Assembly: GCA_964247055.1 (NCBI GenBank)
Contig: OZ176059.1
Location: 124,001 to 188,000, forward strand
Direction: 5' to 3'
Source of the DNA: Paragordius varius
Lineage: Eukaryota; Animalia; Nematomorpha
Length of the DNA: 64,000 nucleotides
Shown here: one piece after another, positions 1 through 13,355 of the stretch
Layout: each line of letters begins with the position of its first letter
Position numbering within the stretch: position 1 is the stretch's first letter
Position numbers and translations under genes: made by a program
The notes under the pieces: generated by a model
What the model saw: only the letters and a program-made list of their open reading frames with translations
Told to the model about the DNA's origin: nothing
Databases searched by the model: none

Positions 1-329
1 TTAAAGGAAATTTTAAAAAACTTTTGGTCACCTGATTTTAACGCATTTTCAGCAAGATAACCTTATCCGGGTATCCAGAAAAGGGTGTGACAGGCATGGT
101 TCCAACCGTCACTATCCTCACAGGACGACCTTTACCGCCTTCTTACGCTTTTACACGCCTCATGGCTGGGAGACGCCACTTTCTTGTTGGGTGCTTTTAA
201 GGGTATATACAGTAAAAATATGTACTGCAACAGATAAATTAATGAGATGATAGTATCAAATTATATGCAATTTAACCCTTATCAAAATATTTGATTACAA
301 ACAACCACAAACTATCCCCCACCGGATCC

Positions 330-1020
330 GTCCTCTTTGCAGATAGACTTTGAAGGCGGCGCTCGCGACGCTTTGGCTTAATGAAGTCTCTCCTCTTCCT
401 CTAACAATCCTTTCTTAATTTGATTGCATCGATTTTTCCAACCCCCATTTAAAGCTGGGGTGACATAATCTGTCTCCGCAACCACGATGCAAGAAAACAC
501 ACATACGTCCATGCCAAGATTTTTCTACAGCCCAAAGGCTGGGCGGGCATCAAGTTTCCATTTCAGAGCTGCCTTAAGCTATGGCGTAGCTGATGAGCCA
601 CCACATTCAGACTTGACAACGGTATTCCCATCACGAGAGGCAAGGTATCGGTCTTCTAGAGAAGCTTAGTGAGTTGGCACCGTGTTTTTTTTAAAGCAGA
701 TATCACCTGTGATGACTCTCAGGGATTTGTTTAACAAATACTTGAGCCTTGCGGGTATGCTTGATAGAATTTGGCCACACCGACAAGCCATATAGAATCC
801 TAGAAAGGATTAGATTTTTAAATCTAATTCAGTTTTTGACCAACCTCCTTTGAGCGCTATAAAGAGTGTAAACTCAAAGAAGAGCTTTGTGGAATGCAAC
901 CTGAGTAGAAGTGAGTCAATGGAGCATCCGTTTTTGTCCACTATAACACTCAGGAATCGAAGGAACTTCACGAACTCAAGCTCCCCTCTAACAGTGTTGA
1001 ACTTCCTCATATCAGACTAA
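330..1020 (-). mobile_element. Degenerate non-LTR retrotransposon (RTE-like LINE), C-terminal end of RT ORF
   Basis: Minus-strand frames give FLRFLSVIVDKN (RT domain 7-like), RILYGLSVWPN...NKSLRVITG (the LINE YxxxxW...NKxLRxIxG motif), VAHQLR and ALKWKLDARP (RTE-like GHxLR and ALxW motifs). Frameshifts and stops are present. GC is higher than in the flanks. Confidence 0.65.
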
Positions 1021-1199
1021 CCTATTATCATCACCTTCGACTTATCATACAGACCATTATTACAATATTAAAAAAATGTTTCTCTAAACTTTAAAAGATC
1101 TTAAAACTCCTATTTTTAAACAATATTTATGTAAACATTCAACCCAATCATCCAATCATCTAAAAAAATTTGAAGTTATAGGAAATCCGTTCAACTCAC

Positions 1200-1655
1200 T
1201 TTATCTATAATATTTAAGAAATTTGAAATGTCGGCCTCTGAAATAGATGAAAACGGACGTAATTTTTTTAATCTATGTGAATTATGCTACATTCAATCAT
1301 AGCGATATTCGATGGTCGATCATTTTTAAAATTGACTCCTACGACATAAAATTTAGTTTATTTAGTTTTACAATCCGAAAAAGAATCTAGGATTTACGTT
1401 TTACAAAGCATAAACTCAAAATACGCAATCAAACAGTCAGCTGTTTAAGAAAAAATATTTAAAAATATCATTTATAAAAAAAATGTATTATATCAAAAGT
1501 ATATCATAAAATGTTGTAAAAATTTGATTTGGTGGGTTCTAAGAAGTGAAAGCTAAATAATATACAAACTTTTTTTATTTACTGTCTGTTTTACTTTTTG
1601 TAATCATGTGATTGACACGCTCGGGACCCGATATGGAGAAAAAAATATATGCTCC
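1200..1655 (-). CDS. Possible exons of an unidentified gene
   Basis: Phase-compatible GT-AG segments ~1655-1595, 1440-1398 and 1272-1200 (donor GTGAGT) splice to ...SISGPERVNHMITKTDCLIAYFEFMLCKTLKKLRPFSSISEADISNFLNIIDK. No family recognised. Confidence 0.3.
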
Positions 1656-1908
1656 CATATTCGAATAACATTTCAAATTATACATTATATGAATCTTATT
1701 TATATAATAAATAAAATGGTATAATACCCGAAAAGTCTACGTTTCAAGTACCAATCGAGTTACGCACACTATTTTGTAAAAAAAGCTGCTGCAGTTTTCA
1801 ACTAGACTAGTTAATTTCTACATTTAAGCTTTCATAGAGCTGTATAATTTCAATTTTTACTGTGTACATATGTATAATGTGAATATATGTGGGATTGCCG
1901 TTTTTTAG

Positions 1909-2043
1909 ATACTGCAGAAAAAAGTATTGGCTTACAACCTGGACGACGGAGAAAAAGTTCCATTTTCGCGGCTGAGTCTGGCGGAGCTCGTGTTAAACGG
2001 GTACATAAACGAAACCATGCCCGTAGGGGCAATCATCAACAAG
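1909..2043 (+). CDS. Possible isolated exon of an unidentified gene
   Basis: A GC-richer island after the acceptor ttttttag reads ILQKKVLAYNLDDGEKVPFSRLSLAELVLNGYINETMPVGAIINK. The donor (GTGTTG) is weak and no partner exons were found. Confidence 0.3.
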
Positions 2044-4313
2044 GTGTTGTGATGATACCTCATCGGAACAATTAATGCAAAAGGCAGAAACTGTTACACC
2101 GGGCATCTACGTTAGTTTGCGTTTTAGAAAATTAGTTTTCAAAACGTTTTCTGGTTTAACTCTGTAATATTCCCTATATTACACACAAATTAAGGTAAAA
2201 TCAATTTGATCGTGTTACATTTCAGCAAAATAGCTTATTAGTAATTTTTTCAGTATATGACGCTCAAGCTAGATTTTTGATTTAAACTTATCGTTGAAAC
2301 CTAGAATTATCTCTAAAGTTTACAAACTAAGTATATGCACATTTCTAACGATGAAAATGGTAAATAGGCTTAAGGTTGACTTGACAGTCTCTTAAAGATA
2401 GGCTATGTATGACCTTTTGTTCTGAAAGGGCTAAAAACTGATGAGGAATATCCAATCAGTATGGATACAACTATTGACATGTTATCTTGGAGTTGATTAA
2501 ACCGTAATCCAAGTCTGTCAATCCTATGTCCCAAATATCATTGCCCTACTTCTATAACGATGCGCACTTTATTAGATTTGAGGCGAAATGATATAAATAG
2601 CAACTAATTCAAATAATATATGAAATAATTTTTTATTTATCCACTATTATTACATAATTTATTGTGTAGGCTTCTAATACCTATCTGTCCAAATTTGGAT
2701 CGAAGCTCCTTATTATTTATCATATACCAATATATACCATATATAATGACTAATTCTAACTTAATAATAGTATACATTTAAGTTAGTAGTCACACAAATT
2801 TAATCCTGAGATTAGTTGAGGGTAAATTCGGAAACTAAAATAATAATATGATGAAGTATGGGACATCATTGCTATTGAGTTGAGTATTGAGTAGTGAGGG
2901 AAGATAAATACCTTAAATATATGTACGTATATTATTAACCAATACATAGTTCTAAAGACTTAATCTACAAAATTACTTTAAAGATGTAAATAATTATGCC
3001 AATAAACAAAGCAACATAAAGGGTGCACTCAAAGTTTTAATGAATGTAACTATAATAGCACGCTTACCAGTTTTTTGTGAAAAAACATCCAATTTTGGAA
3101 AATAATCAATTATTATTTATCTTATGCAAAATGTTGTATATCAGCTTCTATGTTTTCTCACATCTCTCAAGTATAAATAAATACCCGACTGGGAAACCTT
3201 TTTTGCAGTAAATCATTTGTCAAGTAACGTTTATTAAAGTCCGCTCTGATGCAAGTCATATGAGTCAGATAGCAAGAGATTAGAAAAGTTTAGCGGAGCG
3301 AAAAATTTCCTAAGCTAAATCAAGGTACTCTTCACTGGTTTTGCAGTTTAAGACGAAGCATTATTATGTAGCAAAAATGTATTGTCGCGTTTTCTGGCTA
3401 ATTCTGAAGATGCATGGTTATAATCAGGTATTTGGTAAATTAGTGTTGTGCACGGATTAATCACGGATTTAACAAGTTTATAATACAGTAACGCTCTGAT
3501 CCTACAAGACAAAGAGCCTGGTTTTCTTGAAACGATTTGGATTCAATGTAAATGGGACGGCCTTGGAAAAGAGAAAATTATTTCGCTACGGATTTACATT
3601 ATTATTCATTATCCCCATTCGAATCATAATTTTTTTTGCGATCTTCATTTAATGTTCGTTTGTGTCGAGTTGATTTACCGAGGTTATTGATTTTTCCCAT
3701 CTTTATTAGGCATCTATTGATTGTTTTTCGTGAAACTTATAATGCTGCCAATCGTAGTTAGGTAAAATTGAATCATTATTCAATATTTGTTACATTGTAG
3801 AGTCTTTGTAGTTGTGCGATCTACGAGAAAACCCACACTCATTTAAAGGAAATCTTAACTTTAAATATTTCCATTAATTGGAGAGAATGTTCACACACCA
3901 TATGTTTCTACCCCAAACAAAAACTTTAAGCAGCTTTATTCTTCTAATAGCATCATGTGCAACAAATCTTTTTTTTCAGGCACAGCATTCGATGCATACC
4001 GAATTAGTATAATAACGTTTTTTGAATTCAACATGTGTGCCCTTGTTTAATGTTAAATGAAGAAAATGGATATGTATCGAATCATTTTACCTACTTTTCC
4101 TATGTCAATTAGTTATAAATACACCTGTTATGCATTAAAATAATGAAAATGTCTATATGAAAATGATGATTTACACAGGAATAGGTCTTCAACTTAAATT
4201 CAAATCCATATGTTAATTCCAAAATTTGAGTTGTTTTAGTTTAACAACATTTTGTATTAATTTAACACACTTTCCTAACGTTAGTTGTAAAACATTATAT
4301 CCTTTATAATATT

Positions 4314-4316
<3 letters not shown>

Positions 4317-4350
<34 letters not shown>
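4317..4350. repeat. (TA)n microsatellite
   Basis: Pure TA run. Similar runs occur near 26845, 39640, 41140, 45835, 47820, 48530, 49400 and 49870. Confidence 0.9.
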
Positions 4351-4353
<3 letters not shown>

Positions 4354-5024
4354 GAATTTCTTCGAATATCTCATCGAACAATCATAACTTATTAATAAGT
4401 AAACAATTATCATTTTATATACGTATGAAAATTGAGTTCCTATAACTCTATAGTTGGCGTCGGAGTTTTTTAAGGAACCAAAATTTCTTAATCTTTCCGA
4501 ATCGAAATGGAAACTATTTTCGGGATCGTATGCAAAGTTTTACAGTTTTAAACAATATGCGAATTATGTCATCACAAGTTGAGCCACATATGCCTGCTAA
4601 TAAAGCCTTAGTAATAAAAAAAATATTTTAGCAAACATTATATGATTGAAAAAATATATAGCAAACATTAGCGATATATAAATCAGAAAAATCTTCATAT
4701 ATACAAATTAAGTTTGATATATTTTTGATAATAACACATCTTATTCAACACCTCAACTACCGAGCGGTTGATTATATTAATATGAAACAATTTGTAAAAG
4801 CTTGGATACTTTGGTTAAATAACGTTAAGATCAGATTTAAAATCTCATTTATACCCCTTAGAAAAAAGCTTAAATTCATAAATACGAATTCGTTTCTATT
4901 TTTCAATCTAATTTCCTTATACTTCAACGAGCCCACCAATTTCAAAAACGATACAATCCCATATACGTAAATAATTTATACACCATTTATATAATTTATT
5001 GTAAATTTGATAAATATTTTGTAT

Positions 5025-5453
5025 TCATTTTATAAGTTTGTTAACCACTGTTTGGTATTGAACTTCATTCAATGTACTCGCATGGATATCTAAAGCAATT
5101 CCTATTAGCGATTTTCGAAATACCTCCAAGTTTGAGGTATACGCTATCTTTTTGGGATAATCGGCAGTATCTGGAGACCAAAGATAGAAAACATTTTTTC
5201 GATTGGGTTGATTAGTTTTAGGATCATTGTAATCAAAATCAACCACACCATATCGACAATCCTTGTTATTTTGTGCATCAGTCAAATCTTTCAAAAAATC
5301 ATCATACTTGGCTGTTTGTGGGGCCTTTTTTAACACTGTAATTTTGGAATTGTCTTTCGAAACAACAAAAAGAATATATTTATAAAGATGTTTCAGCTTT
5401 AAATCTTGGAAAGCAGATATGCATTCGGGATCAATGGTTGGCGCAATACTCAT
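5025..5453 (-). CDS. ADF/cofilin (actin-depolymerizing factor) family protein, 142 aa, apparently intronless
   Basis: ATG at 5453 in aaaATG context (the ORF track starts at an upstream GTG). ADF-H motifs: F.DLKLKHLYKYILF, CRYGVVDFDY, FYLWSPDTA...KK..Y.S, ALDIHASTLNEV. Confidence 0.93.
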   Translation of the reverse strand: MSIAPTIDPECISAFQDLKLKHLYKYILFVVSKDNSKITVLKKAPQTAKYDDFLKDLTDAQNNKDCRYGVVDFDYNDPKTNQPNRKNVFYLWSPDTADYPKKIAYTSNLEVFRKSLIGIALDIHASTLNEVQYQTVVNKLIK

Positions 5454-5896
5454 TTTAAACACAATTACTAAATATATTTTACTGCTGTTTGTTTAAATTT
5501 ATAGGTTAAACAAAATAATTAGCATACATTTCGTATTGTATAACCTTTAAATTACGAATAACCATACGCTATCGATTTATTCAAATTACTAGATAAGTAA
5601 ATGCTTTAAAGCAAGCTGTAAGAAAATTGTATGGTAACAATACGTATTTAAATAACAAACATAATAAACTTAACTAAATAATTTTCTAGAAAAACCTTTC
5701 CCTGAAGGCTTAATTAAATGTTAGGCTCAAAGCTTTTTCTTCGCCTTTAAAGTAAATTGAGTGTAAAATTGTTTGTAACTTGGATTTTTGTGGTAAATGC
5801 AGGTGGGCATTACATTGACAAAAGGCCTATGAAAGCATTTCCAGCCTTAAAAGGTTTGAAAACATGTGAGTGGCCTAATCGAATATTAATCATTAA

Positions 5897-7934
5897 CACG
5901 TCGATTCAAATTGGGGTATCTAGGGAACCCAGACTAATTTGAGTTGAGATATATATGAAAAACTATTGAAAGAAACACTTCCTATATAAACGTTGCTTCA
6001 ATCCTAATAAAAATTCTATAAATACAGTCATGTAGACTTTATTTTGTTAAAGATTTAATTTTTTTCGTTAATTGGGTATTTATATTTGGTAAAACATACA
6101 AAAACAAGAGCTAATGATATACCATATCATATTCTTTAAAAAATTAAAAGAAGTGTGGGGGAAGGTCAGAAATCTTTGGTAAAAAATGAAAATATTTATT
6201 GTTTAAAGGGGAATGGTAATATTCTTGAATTTTTTGCAAAATTTTATATATTAATTTTTTTTGATAAGATTTTTATTTAACACCTAGATTCGAATTGGGG
6301 TATCTAAATATACTCCAGACTAAATTTGAGTTAGGATGTTAAAAAAACTAGTGAAAGAAACGGTCCCAATTTAAATTTATGATTCTTTCCTAATAAAAAT
6401 TATATTAATATGCCAAAATATCTAAATAAAATTATGTGTTGAAAAAAAAAGTTCCATGTCAAACAACTTCGACGCCATTTTTATTTTACAAAATATTTGC
6501 AAAATGTCGTCTTTATTTAGTGTTAAGGGTAAAATAAAGATAATTTTTTATTTAAATCACATCTAACATTAATAATAGAAAAAGCGATTTATTTTGTATT
6601 CTTTTTCAATTTTACCATTGCACACATGTCACATTCACTAAATTTTTACCTTTTGGTTTTAGCTTAAATATAAATGTCTTGTATCCAAGTGTTAAACAAA
6701 ACAAATTAACCTCTTATATATAGATTTTTATGTATAGGTAAAAAAAATTTTAATAGGATATCACAATAAATAAAACAAACATATAACGGACAAATAATGA
6801 ATTGTGTGTATATATAAGGGAAAACATAGGAAATGAATATGGATTATATGGCGTTTATAAACAATATATTCCCAGCGTCATGCTTCATCTCATAGCATTT
6901 ATGGAACTTATAGAAATGTGTAAATCATCTACAAAATGACGAGACGATAATTCGTGATTTCTGGGATTCCCGAAAATTTTATAGGCCTTAGACTTTTTTT
7001 ATCTGACCAAAAATGATATTCTAAAATTAACAAAAACGGTACTTTTCCTTTTTCCTCTACCGTTTAATGAAGTTGTCATATTTTCATTCCCGATCTCATC
7101 AACACCTAAATTCTAAATGAAAAAAAAACCATCGTTCCCAGGGACAATATTTTGTGTGGGTCTTATATTTTCGTCAACATAATCTGAATCTAACATTATG
7201 AAGGAAAAAAATACCTGAAATACCAGGGTTATATCCTAACGAAATTGGATCAAATTGATTATTTAATGTAGCATTTATCGTAAAAATCCCTTTTATCGTT
7301 CCCATATCAAAACAAAAAAAATTTATAAATGAGATAAAATTTACGATTTTCCTAACCCTTTTATACAATAATTTTAAGTGAAGGGTTAGTAGTTAGTGTA
7401 TTTTCATTTTTTACCAAAGATTTCCGACGCCTTTCCCCTTCATTTTTTATTTTTTTAAAGAATATGATATGGTAATACCATATTGCTCTTGTTCTTATAT
7501 TCTTTACCAAATATTAATACCCAATTTACGGAAAAAAGTAAATGTTTAACAAAATAAAGTCTACATGACTATAAGCCAAAATATAATAAAATTTAGTTTT
7601 GAAAAAAAAAGTTACCTATCAAACTACTTCCACGCCATTTTAATTGTACAACATAGCAAAATATAAAGTATTTATTTGATTTTAAGGCTAAAATTAAAGC
7701 TTATTTTTATTTAAATCTCATTTAACATTGATAGAAACAGAAAAAGTGTTGCATTGTGAAGGCTAGAATTTTACATTGAAGTAATATCATGTTTTTTAAA
7801 TCATTTTTTTATATTTCGGTTCATCAATGTTAAATAAGTGCAAACTTGCAATGGTTTTAATTTTTTCCATTTTGTATATATATTTGATATAAAGCAGGTC
7901 TGGGTCCTCAAAGACCCCAATTTGAATCGGAGGA
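5897..7934. mobile_element. Composite/nested piggyBac-like MITE copies (TTAA-flanked, TIR CCCTTCGATTC(G/A)AATTGGGGT-like)
   Basis: Left ends follow TTAA at 5897 and 6281. The inverted right end GACCCCAATTTGAATCGGAGG lies at ~7912-7934. Internal sequence is shared with copies at 52322-52982 and 55597-56101. Confidence 0.6.
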
Positions 7935-8099
7935 CTGAAATTTTTACACAATACTATGGAGTCGGAATTTAGATACAGGCTAATTGTTTAAGGAAAAAAA
8001 CAAAAGACCATATATAGATAGGAAAAGAATAATTTAGAGAGTTCAAATAAAATAAATTATATGATTTATCAATTATTTAAGCCAGCTTATGACTTAATA

Positions 8100-8700
8100 A
8101 CACAAGGATGTAAAATGGTAAGCCTTAAAGAAACTATAGGGATATCATGTTATTTATAAGCAAAGGGGAGACTGTTATGAGGATAGGCACGCAAGATTTT
8201 CCGTACTGATTGAAAGTAGTTGGTTGGTATCGATCCCTTATCGGTTTAAAGAAAAAATATTGATGAAGAAAGTAGATATTAAGGTGGTAACAATAATAAG
8301 AAAAAGAATTAATGAACAATTAATGATTTAGGTTTGAGAACGATATCATCTCCAGAGCAGAAATCGCAAAAGTGCTGATGGAGGAGATTCGGAAAGAATC
8401 GATATTTATGCATGGTTTAAAAGTTTACAATAGTTATAGAAGACGTGTTAAAATATATATTGCTATTTTTCTATAATAGTAGATGGGTCTTTTACGGTCG
8501 ATATAATAAAAAAATAGGATCGAGATCTGATATAAATATTTTCATTAACCAAATATTGATGTGATAGTTGAATTTCAAGAAATTAACATGGAAACCTTCA
8601 CCCCCTTTAAAAACAATTGTTAGTAAGTATTCCTGAGTAAATTTTGAGTATTGGAGGGTATAATCAGTAATAAACGAAAATTCAATACCACATATTCAAA
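8100..8700 (+). mobile_element. Possible very old Penelope-like retroelement remnant
   Basis: LVSIPYRFKEKILMKKVDIKVV resembles the PLE post-RT motif (xIPYxxGLSEKxxxILKKxDIKVV). VLEGIISNK lies downstream. Heavily degraded. Confidence 0.25.
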
Positions 8701-8816
8701 TAAATTAACAATACAATAACTTACTTTGTTCAAACCTATTGCTATAAAGTGTATAGTTAATTTTAGATACAAATCCATTATTTTTAGTTTGGAATTATTG
8801 TAGAAGAATCTAAAGT

Positions 8817-9531
8817 AAGGCTTGGAACCGGGACATTACATTTAGAACCGGTTCCATTTTCGGTTTTTGACTTTTGATTAAGTGATTTTCTTACAATATT
8901 ATTTCAATAATTATACAACCAAATTATTAACAATTATAAATCAAACAATTAATTATATTCCAAATATATAGTGAAAAAAATATATAGTAGAATAAATGAA
9001 ATAAATTATATAGGAAAATGTATAATTACAAAGGTATATAATAAGTGTTAAATTAAGTATTGCATCTAAAAGAAATTTTTATTAAATTTAATTATTGCAC
9101 CAAGCAATTCGCTGGTCAAACTGCCTCTCAGGTCAACAAAATTAAGGGTGAAAAAACTCCTTTCAACGGAGACCTAATTATACGAACATATGTATTATCA
9201 TTAAACTTGAGATAATACTATAAGTTTTTTTTTAAACAGCCGAATCGCCCAAAATTCAGAGAATATTGCTTAATATTAGGGGCTTAGTTTTAGGTTTAAA
9301 GTTTAAAGTATGTAATATGTAGTGGTACAATCAAATTTAATAAAATAAAATTTTTATCATAAAAATCATATGGGAACCAGTAATCATGGAGGTGGAACCG
9401 GAACCGGTTGGTTCCTGAACGGTTAGAACCCGAACCGGGTTGGTTCCATCCCAATGGAACCGGTTCCTGTTAAAATACAAGGAACCGGTTTCCGGTTTCC
9501 GGTTTTCCAAGCGGTTCTGGTTCCAGTCCTG
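8817..9531. mobile_element. hAT-type MITE with subterminal GGAACCGG repeats
   Basis: Imperfect TIRs AAGGCTTGGAACC / GGTTCCAGTCCTG. Many GGAACCGG(TT) copies lie at both ends. The 8-bp flanks TCTAAAGT and TTTTAAGT match at 6/8 with a one-base shift. Confidence 0.6.
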
Positions 9532-10906
9532 ATTTTAAGTCTTTCATAGGTGTCATTTTTTTAAAAAATCGAGATGGCTTATTCATAACTATGGAAATTT
9601 ATTTAACAAATATTGTTATAAGTTTTAAACTACATATTAATTTCATACTAAGAGACTTGCATATGAATATTTTTTAATATAACAAAAGATACTATTTCTA
9701 TTCAATTAAATTAGTAACGAAAGAAATAACTCTGACTTCAATAACGCAACTGATAACCATAATCGAATGGGGTCGATTGTTATATGCACCAGATTTCGAC
9801 ATTGAATTAGTGGGAAAGTATCATTCTAAATTTTCTACTAAGGATTTGTCTTTTTATTTAATATATATATTATTTAACAACAGTTTTTGTTTCACACCTT
9901 GCTACATTTTTTTAAAAAAAAAGGCGCGATAAAGACCCAGAAACTTGAACACACATTGAAATACTTGTTGAACCCTAAGTGTTAATAAAATAATTTTCAA
10001 ACTTGAATATCATTGATATCAAAAAGGAGTTAAGGATATTTAAAATGTTATTTCATGCATAAATTTGCTATTAATCATCTCTTGCCCATGTCATTTCGAA
10101 AAAAGTTGAAAATAAGATAGAGCTATAGTCTGCCTATCGATCAAGTTTATTAGCTGTATATTTTCAGGCGAACGCAACATTTTTACTTCCGTTTGAATGA
10201 AAAATATTACGTTAGCTTGAAAAATTGTTGCCTTTGCTTAAAAAAGTATTGCTTTGACTGAAAAATGGTATTGTTATTAGCTACAAATGACCGGATTGAG
10301 AGGAAGCGCGTTCATGATATTTATATTTATTGTATTAAAAATTTAAAAATTAGATAGATATCCACATGCCCCAAATATATTTATGTCAAAAATGTAGTTT
10401 TCCTAAATTCAGCATTTTTGTATGGAGAAACTCACCAGCCTTCAAAATCATAAATTTGGGTGCTTAAATGCCGAAAAAATTACTAAAAACCGATTTAAAA
10501 GAGATGAACTATTTTTTAATAATTAACTAATTTACAACTAATCGATATCATAATTTATAACCTGTTAACCCATTTATGAAAAGTGTTTAGACGAAATCAA
10601 ATATTTATCAAGGTGATTTAAAGGTTTTTTAAATGAGGGTCCAGTGTAGATACATTTTTTTCCGTGAAAATGCAATAATTTTGGTGGTATTTGAAAAAAA
10701 CTTAATTTTATATAATCAGAATTACAGTAAAAATTATACGGACAAAACGGAAAAATATAAAAAGTGTTTTTTTCTAAAAGACAAACATGCTATTTTAAAC
10801 CTTAGTACCGTATAAAACTATTGGATTACAATTGTAAAATATATAATTGAATGTGTTACCAATTTAGATTTCTATTTTATTTTTTGCAGTTCAAAACAAT
10901 CAGTTA

Positions 10907-12846
10907 TCTATATATTTATAAAAATGGAAATGCTGGCTTTGTGATCTGTTTCCGGAAAACCGGTAGACCCATTCAAATCCATATGTCGAAAAAATAAATC
11001 ATTAATGTATGCCCCGACAATAGCGTCGCACTATTTTTGAATTAGGCCCCCAGTTCGGGCCCACCCTGTGTAAAAAACGGTTTTTTTGAAAACAGAAGTC
11101 CACAAAAATCGTGTCTTTGAGAAAATTTCCCGAAAACGTATTGGACCATTCGATTTCATATATGATTTCTTTTACTTATTTTTTTTATTGCCCGAACATA
11201 GTCGGCTAGCTTTTTTAATTTAGGCCCTCTTTTTACCCGATCCCCCAGTAAAATGCCATTTTTTAAATACCACAACAATAATTTTTTGAAACTTTTCGCC
11301 CAAGGTACGAGACGGTAAAAATTCAATGAGAATTCCAGGTTCCTGTTAGCAAAAATTTTAGTCTTGGGTTTTTTATTGACTGCTGGGTAAGGGGATACCC
11401 GCTAAATGCCCCGTCATATCGAAATAGCGTGCCTTTGAAGTTAAATTTCAGAAAACCTATTAGGTCTTATGAGTTCAATAGCTGCTTAAACTATTACCCG
11501 TAACAAGGCAAAAATTTAGATCGAGCGGTTTTTTAAAATTAGGCGTTAATTAGGCCCTTCACCTGCTGAGAAATGTGCCGCCATATAGTTTTTTCATTTT
11601 CAAAATTTTTCCAAAAACTAATGAGAGCATATGGAACCAATCATGATTCCAGGTATTCCCATATAAAGGCAAAAAATAATTTTGAACCTCTTTTTTATAT
11701 TGGCCTCAGGGTAGGGAGCTACCCGCCTAAAACTGCGCCACCATATCAAAATTGCGTTGTTTATGATAAATTTCAGAAACAGGCCATATAAGTTTTATTA
11801 TGGCCAGACATATTACCCGTAAAAAGCCAAAGGTTTATGTCGGGTGGATTTTTTTAAATTAGCGGTTAAATAGGTTCTGGGTAGGGGGCTACCCGCGTAA
11901 TGCTTGACTATATCGATACAGCATGCCTTTGAGGACAAATTTCAGAAAACTTATGAGACTATGTGAGTTCAATAAGGGCATTACCCCTTGAAAAATAAAT
12001 ATTTTAGTATAGGGGTTATTTCAATGAGTCGCTAAGAAAAGTTTTACGCCCTGAAAAATTCGCCGGCATAAAACTTTTTTGATTTTGAAGCAATATTTTT
12101 AAGAATTTGAACATATGGACATTATAATTCCAGATATTCCCCAAGTCAAAAATTTGACGATTTTTTACACCTGCCTTGGGGTAAGAAACTATCCGCCAAA
12201 AACTGTGCCTATATAGAAATTACGTTGCTTTGGAACTAATTTAAAACTTATGTCATATGAGCTCATTTAAAGTTCGAAATATTACCCCTAACTAGGTAAA
12301 AATTAAGGTTAGGCCTTGTCGTTAATTTGGGGCCTTTTTGCCCTAAATACACGCCATCATATAACGATTATTTAGTGTTGAGGTATTTTTTCGAATAACC
12401 CATGAGACGATGGTCTCAAATCTAATTCCAAATATTTTCCCTATAAAAGCAAATAATTTTACTTAGCGCTTTTCCATTTAGGCCTAAGGGTAGGGGTTTA
12501 CCGGTTTAAAACTGAGACGCTATACAAAAATGGCGTGGCTTTGGAGCTAATTTTCAATAACTTAAGAAGCCATACGAGTTCAATGAAGGCTTTAGATATT
12601 ACCCATAAAAAGGTAAAAATTATAGTATAGCGGTTTTTTCCGTTAGCCGTCAATTTGGGGCCTTTACACCAGTAAACATTATATTAGTATGAATGCACCG
12701 TTTTGAAAATCGTATGAGATCATAGCTATTAGCTAATGTTTCGAAATAATCCACATATATGGTTTATTGTCACTTTTTCAAATATCCCCCCCCCAGAAGT
12801 CCGAAGGGCTTCCTCGGGCTGCGTATCAGCACGAGATTTACGCTAG
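10907..12846 (+). mobile_element. Non-autonomous Helitron with internal degenerate tandem repeats
   Basis: 5' end A|TCTATATATTTATAAAAATG and 3' end ...TTTACGCTAG|T, with GC-rich hairpins just upstream and no TSD. It splits a TA-MITE whose left half (10722-10906) and right half (12847-12950) rejoin in register. Internal GGGTAGGGGCTACCCG-like motifs recur near 11385, 11710, 11880, 12178 and 12487. Confidence 0.8.
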
Positions 12847-13355
12847 TAATTAAATAAAATCCACATTTAAAAATTATGGGTGTCTTGGGAAAAAAATATT
12901 TGTCTTTATATTTTGACATTTTGTCCGTATAATTTTAATTTTTACTGCATTATAATTTGAATGTCATGAATTCTATATAGTATACTTTAATTTAAAAAAC
13001 ATATTTCCTCATAAAATTAAATCTTTTTGGTCAATGGATTTATACTTAAATTGTCGCCACTTTTGTCGTGGAAGGTTACCATTTTAGAGATACAAAGGCC
13101 GTTTTGTGATTATCATAAGTAATTTATTACTAATTTACGCATCTATTTTATATATCGTGACGCAATTGTATGTTAAATAAAATGTGGTTGTCTGATTCAC
13201 CTTAAATTTTAAAGTTAAAAAATTAGTCTTTTATTTTAAGTGTTGTCTCTTATGAATTTAATACATAAATTATATCTTTTGCCTATACCTAACTACCTGT
13301 CATACGTGTGTCATTATTATTAATCATTTAAATATTATTTGTTATACATAAAATT

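Noticed and set aside
2438-2475. CTGATGAG hammerhead-like core (also at ~589)
   Set aside because: No stem II followed by GAAA, and no compatible stems I/III.
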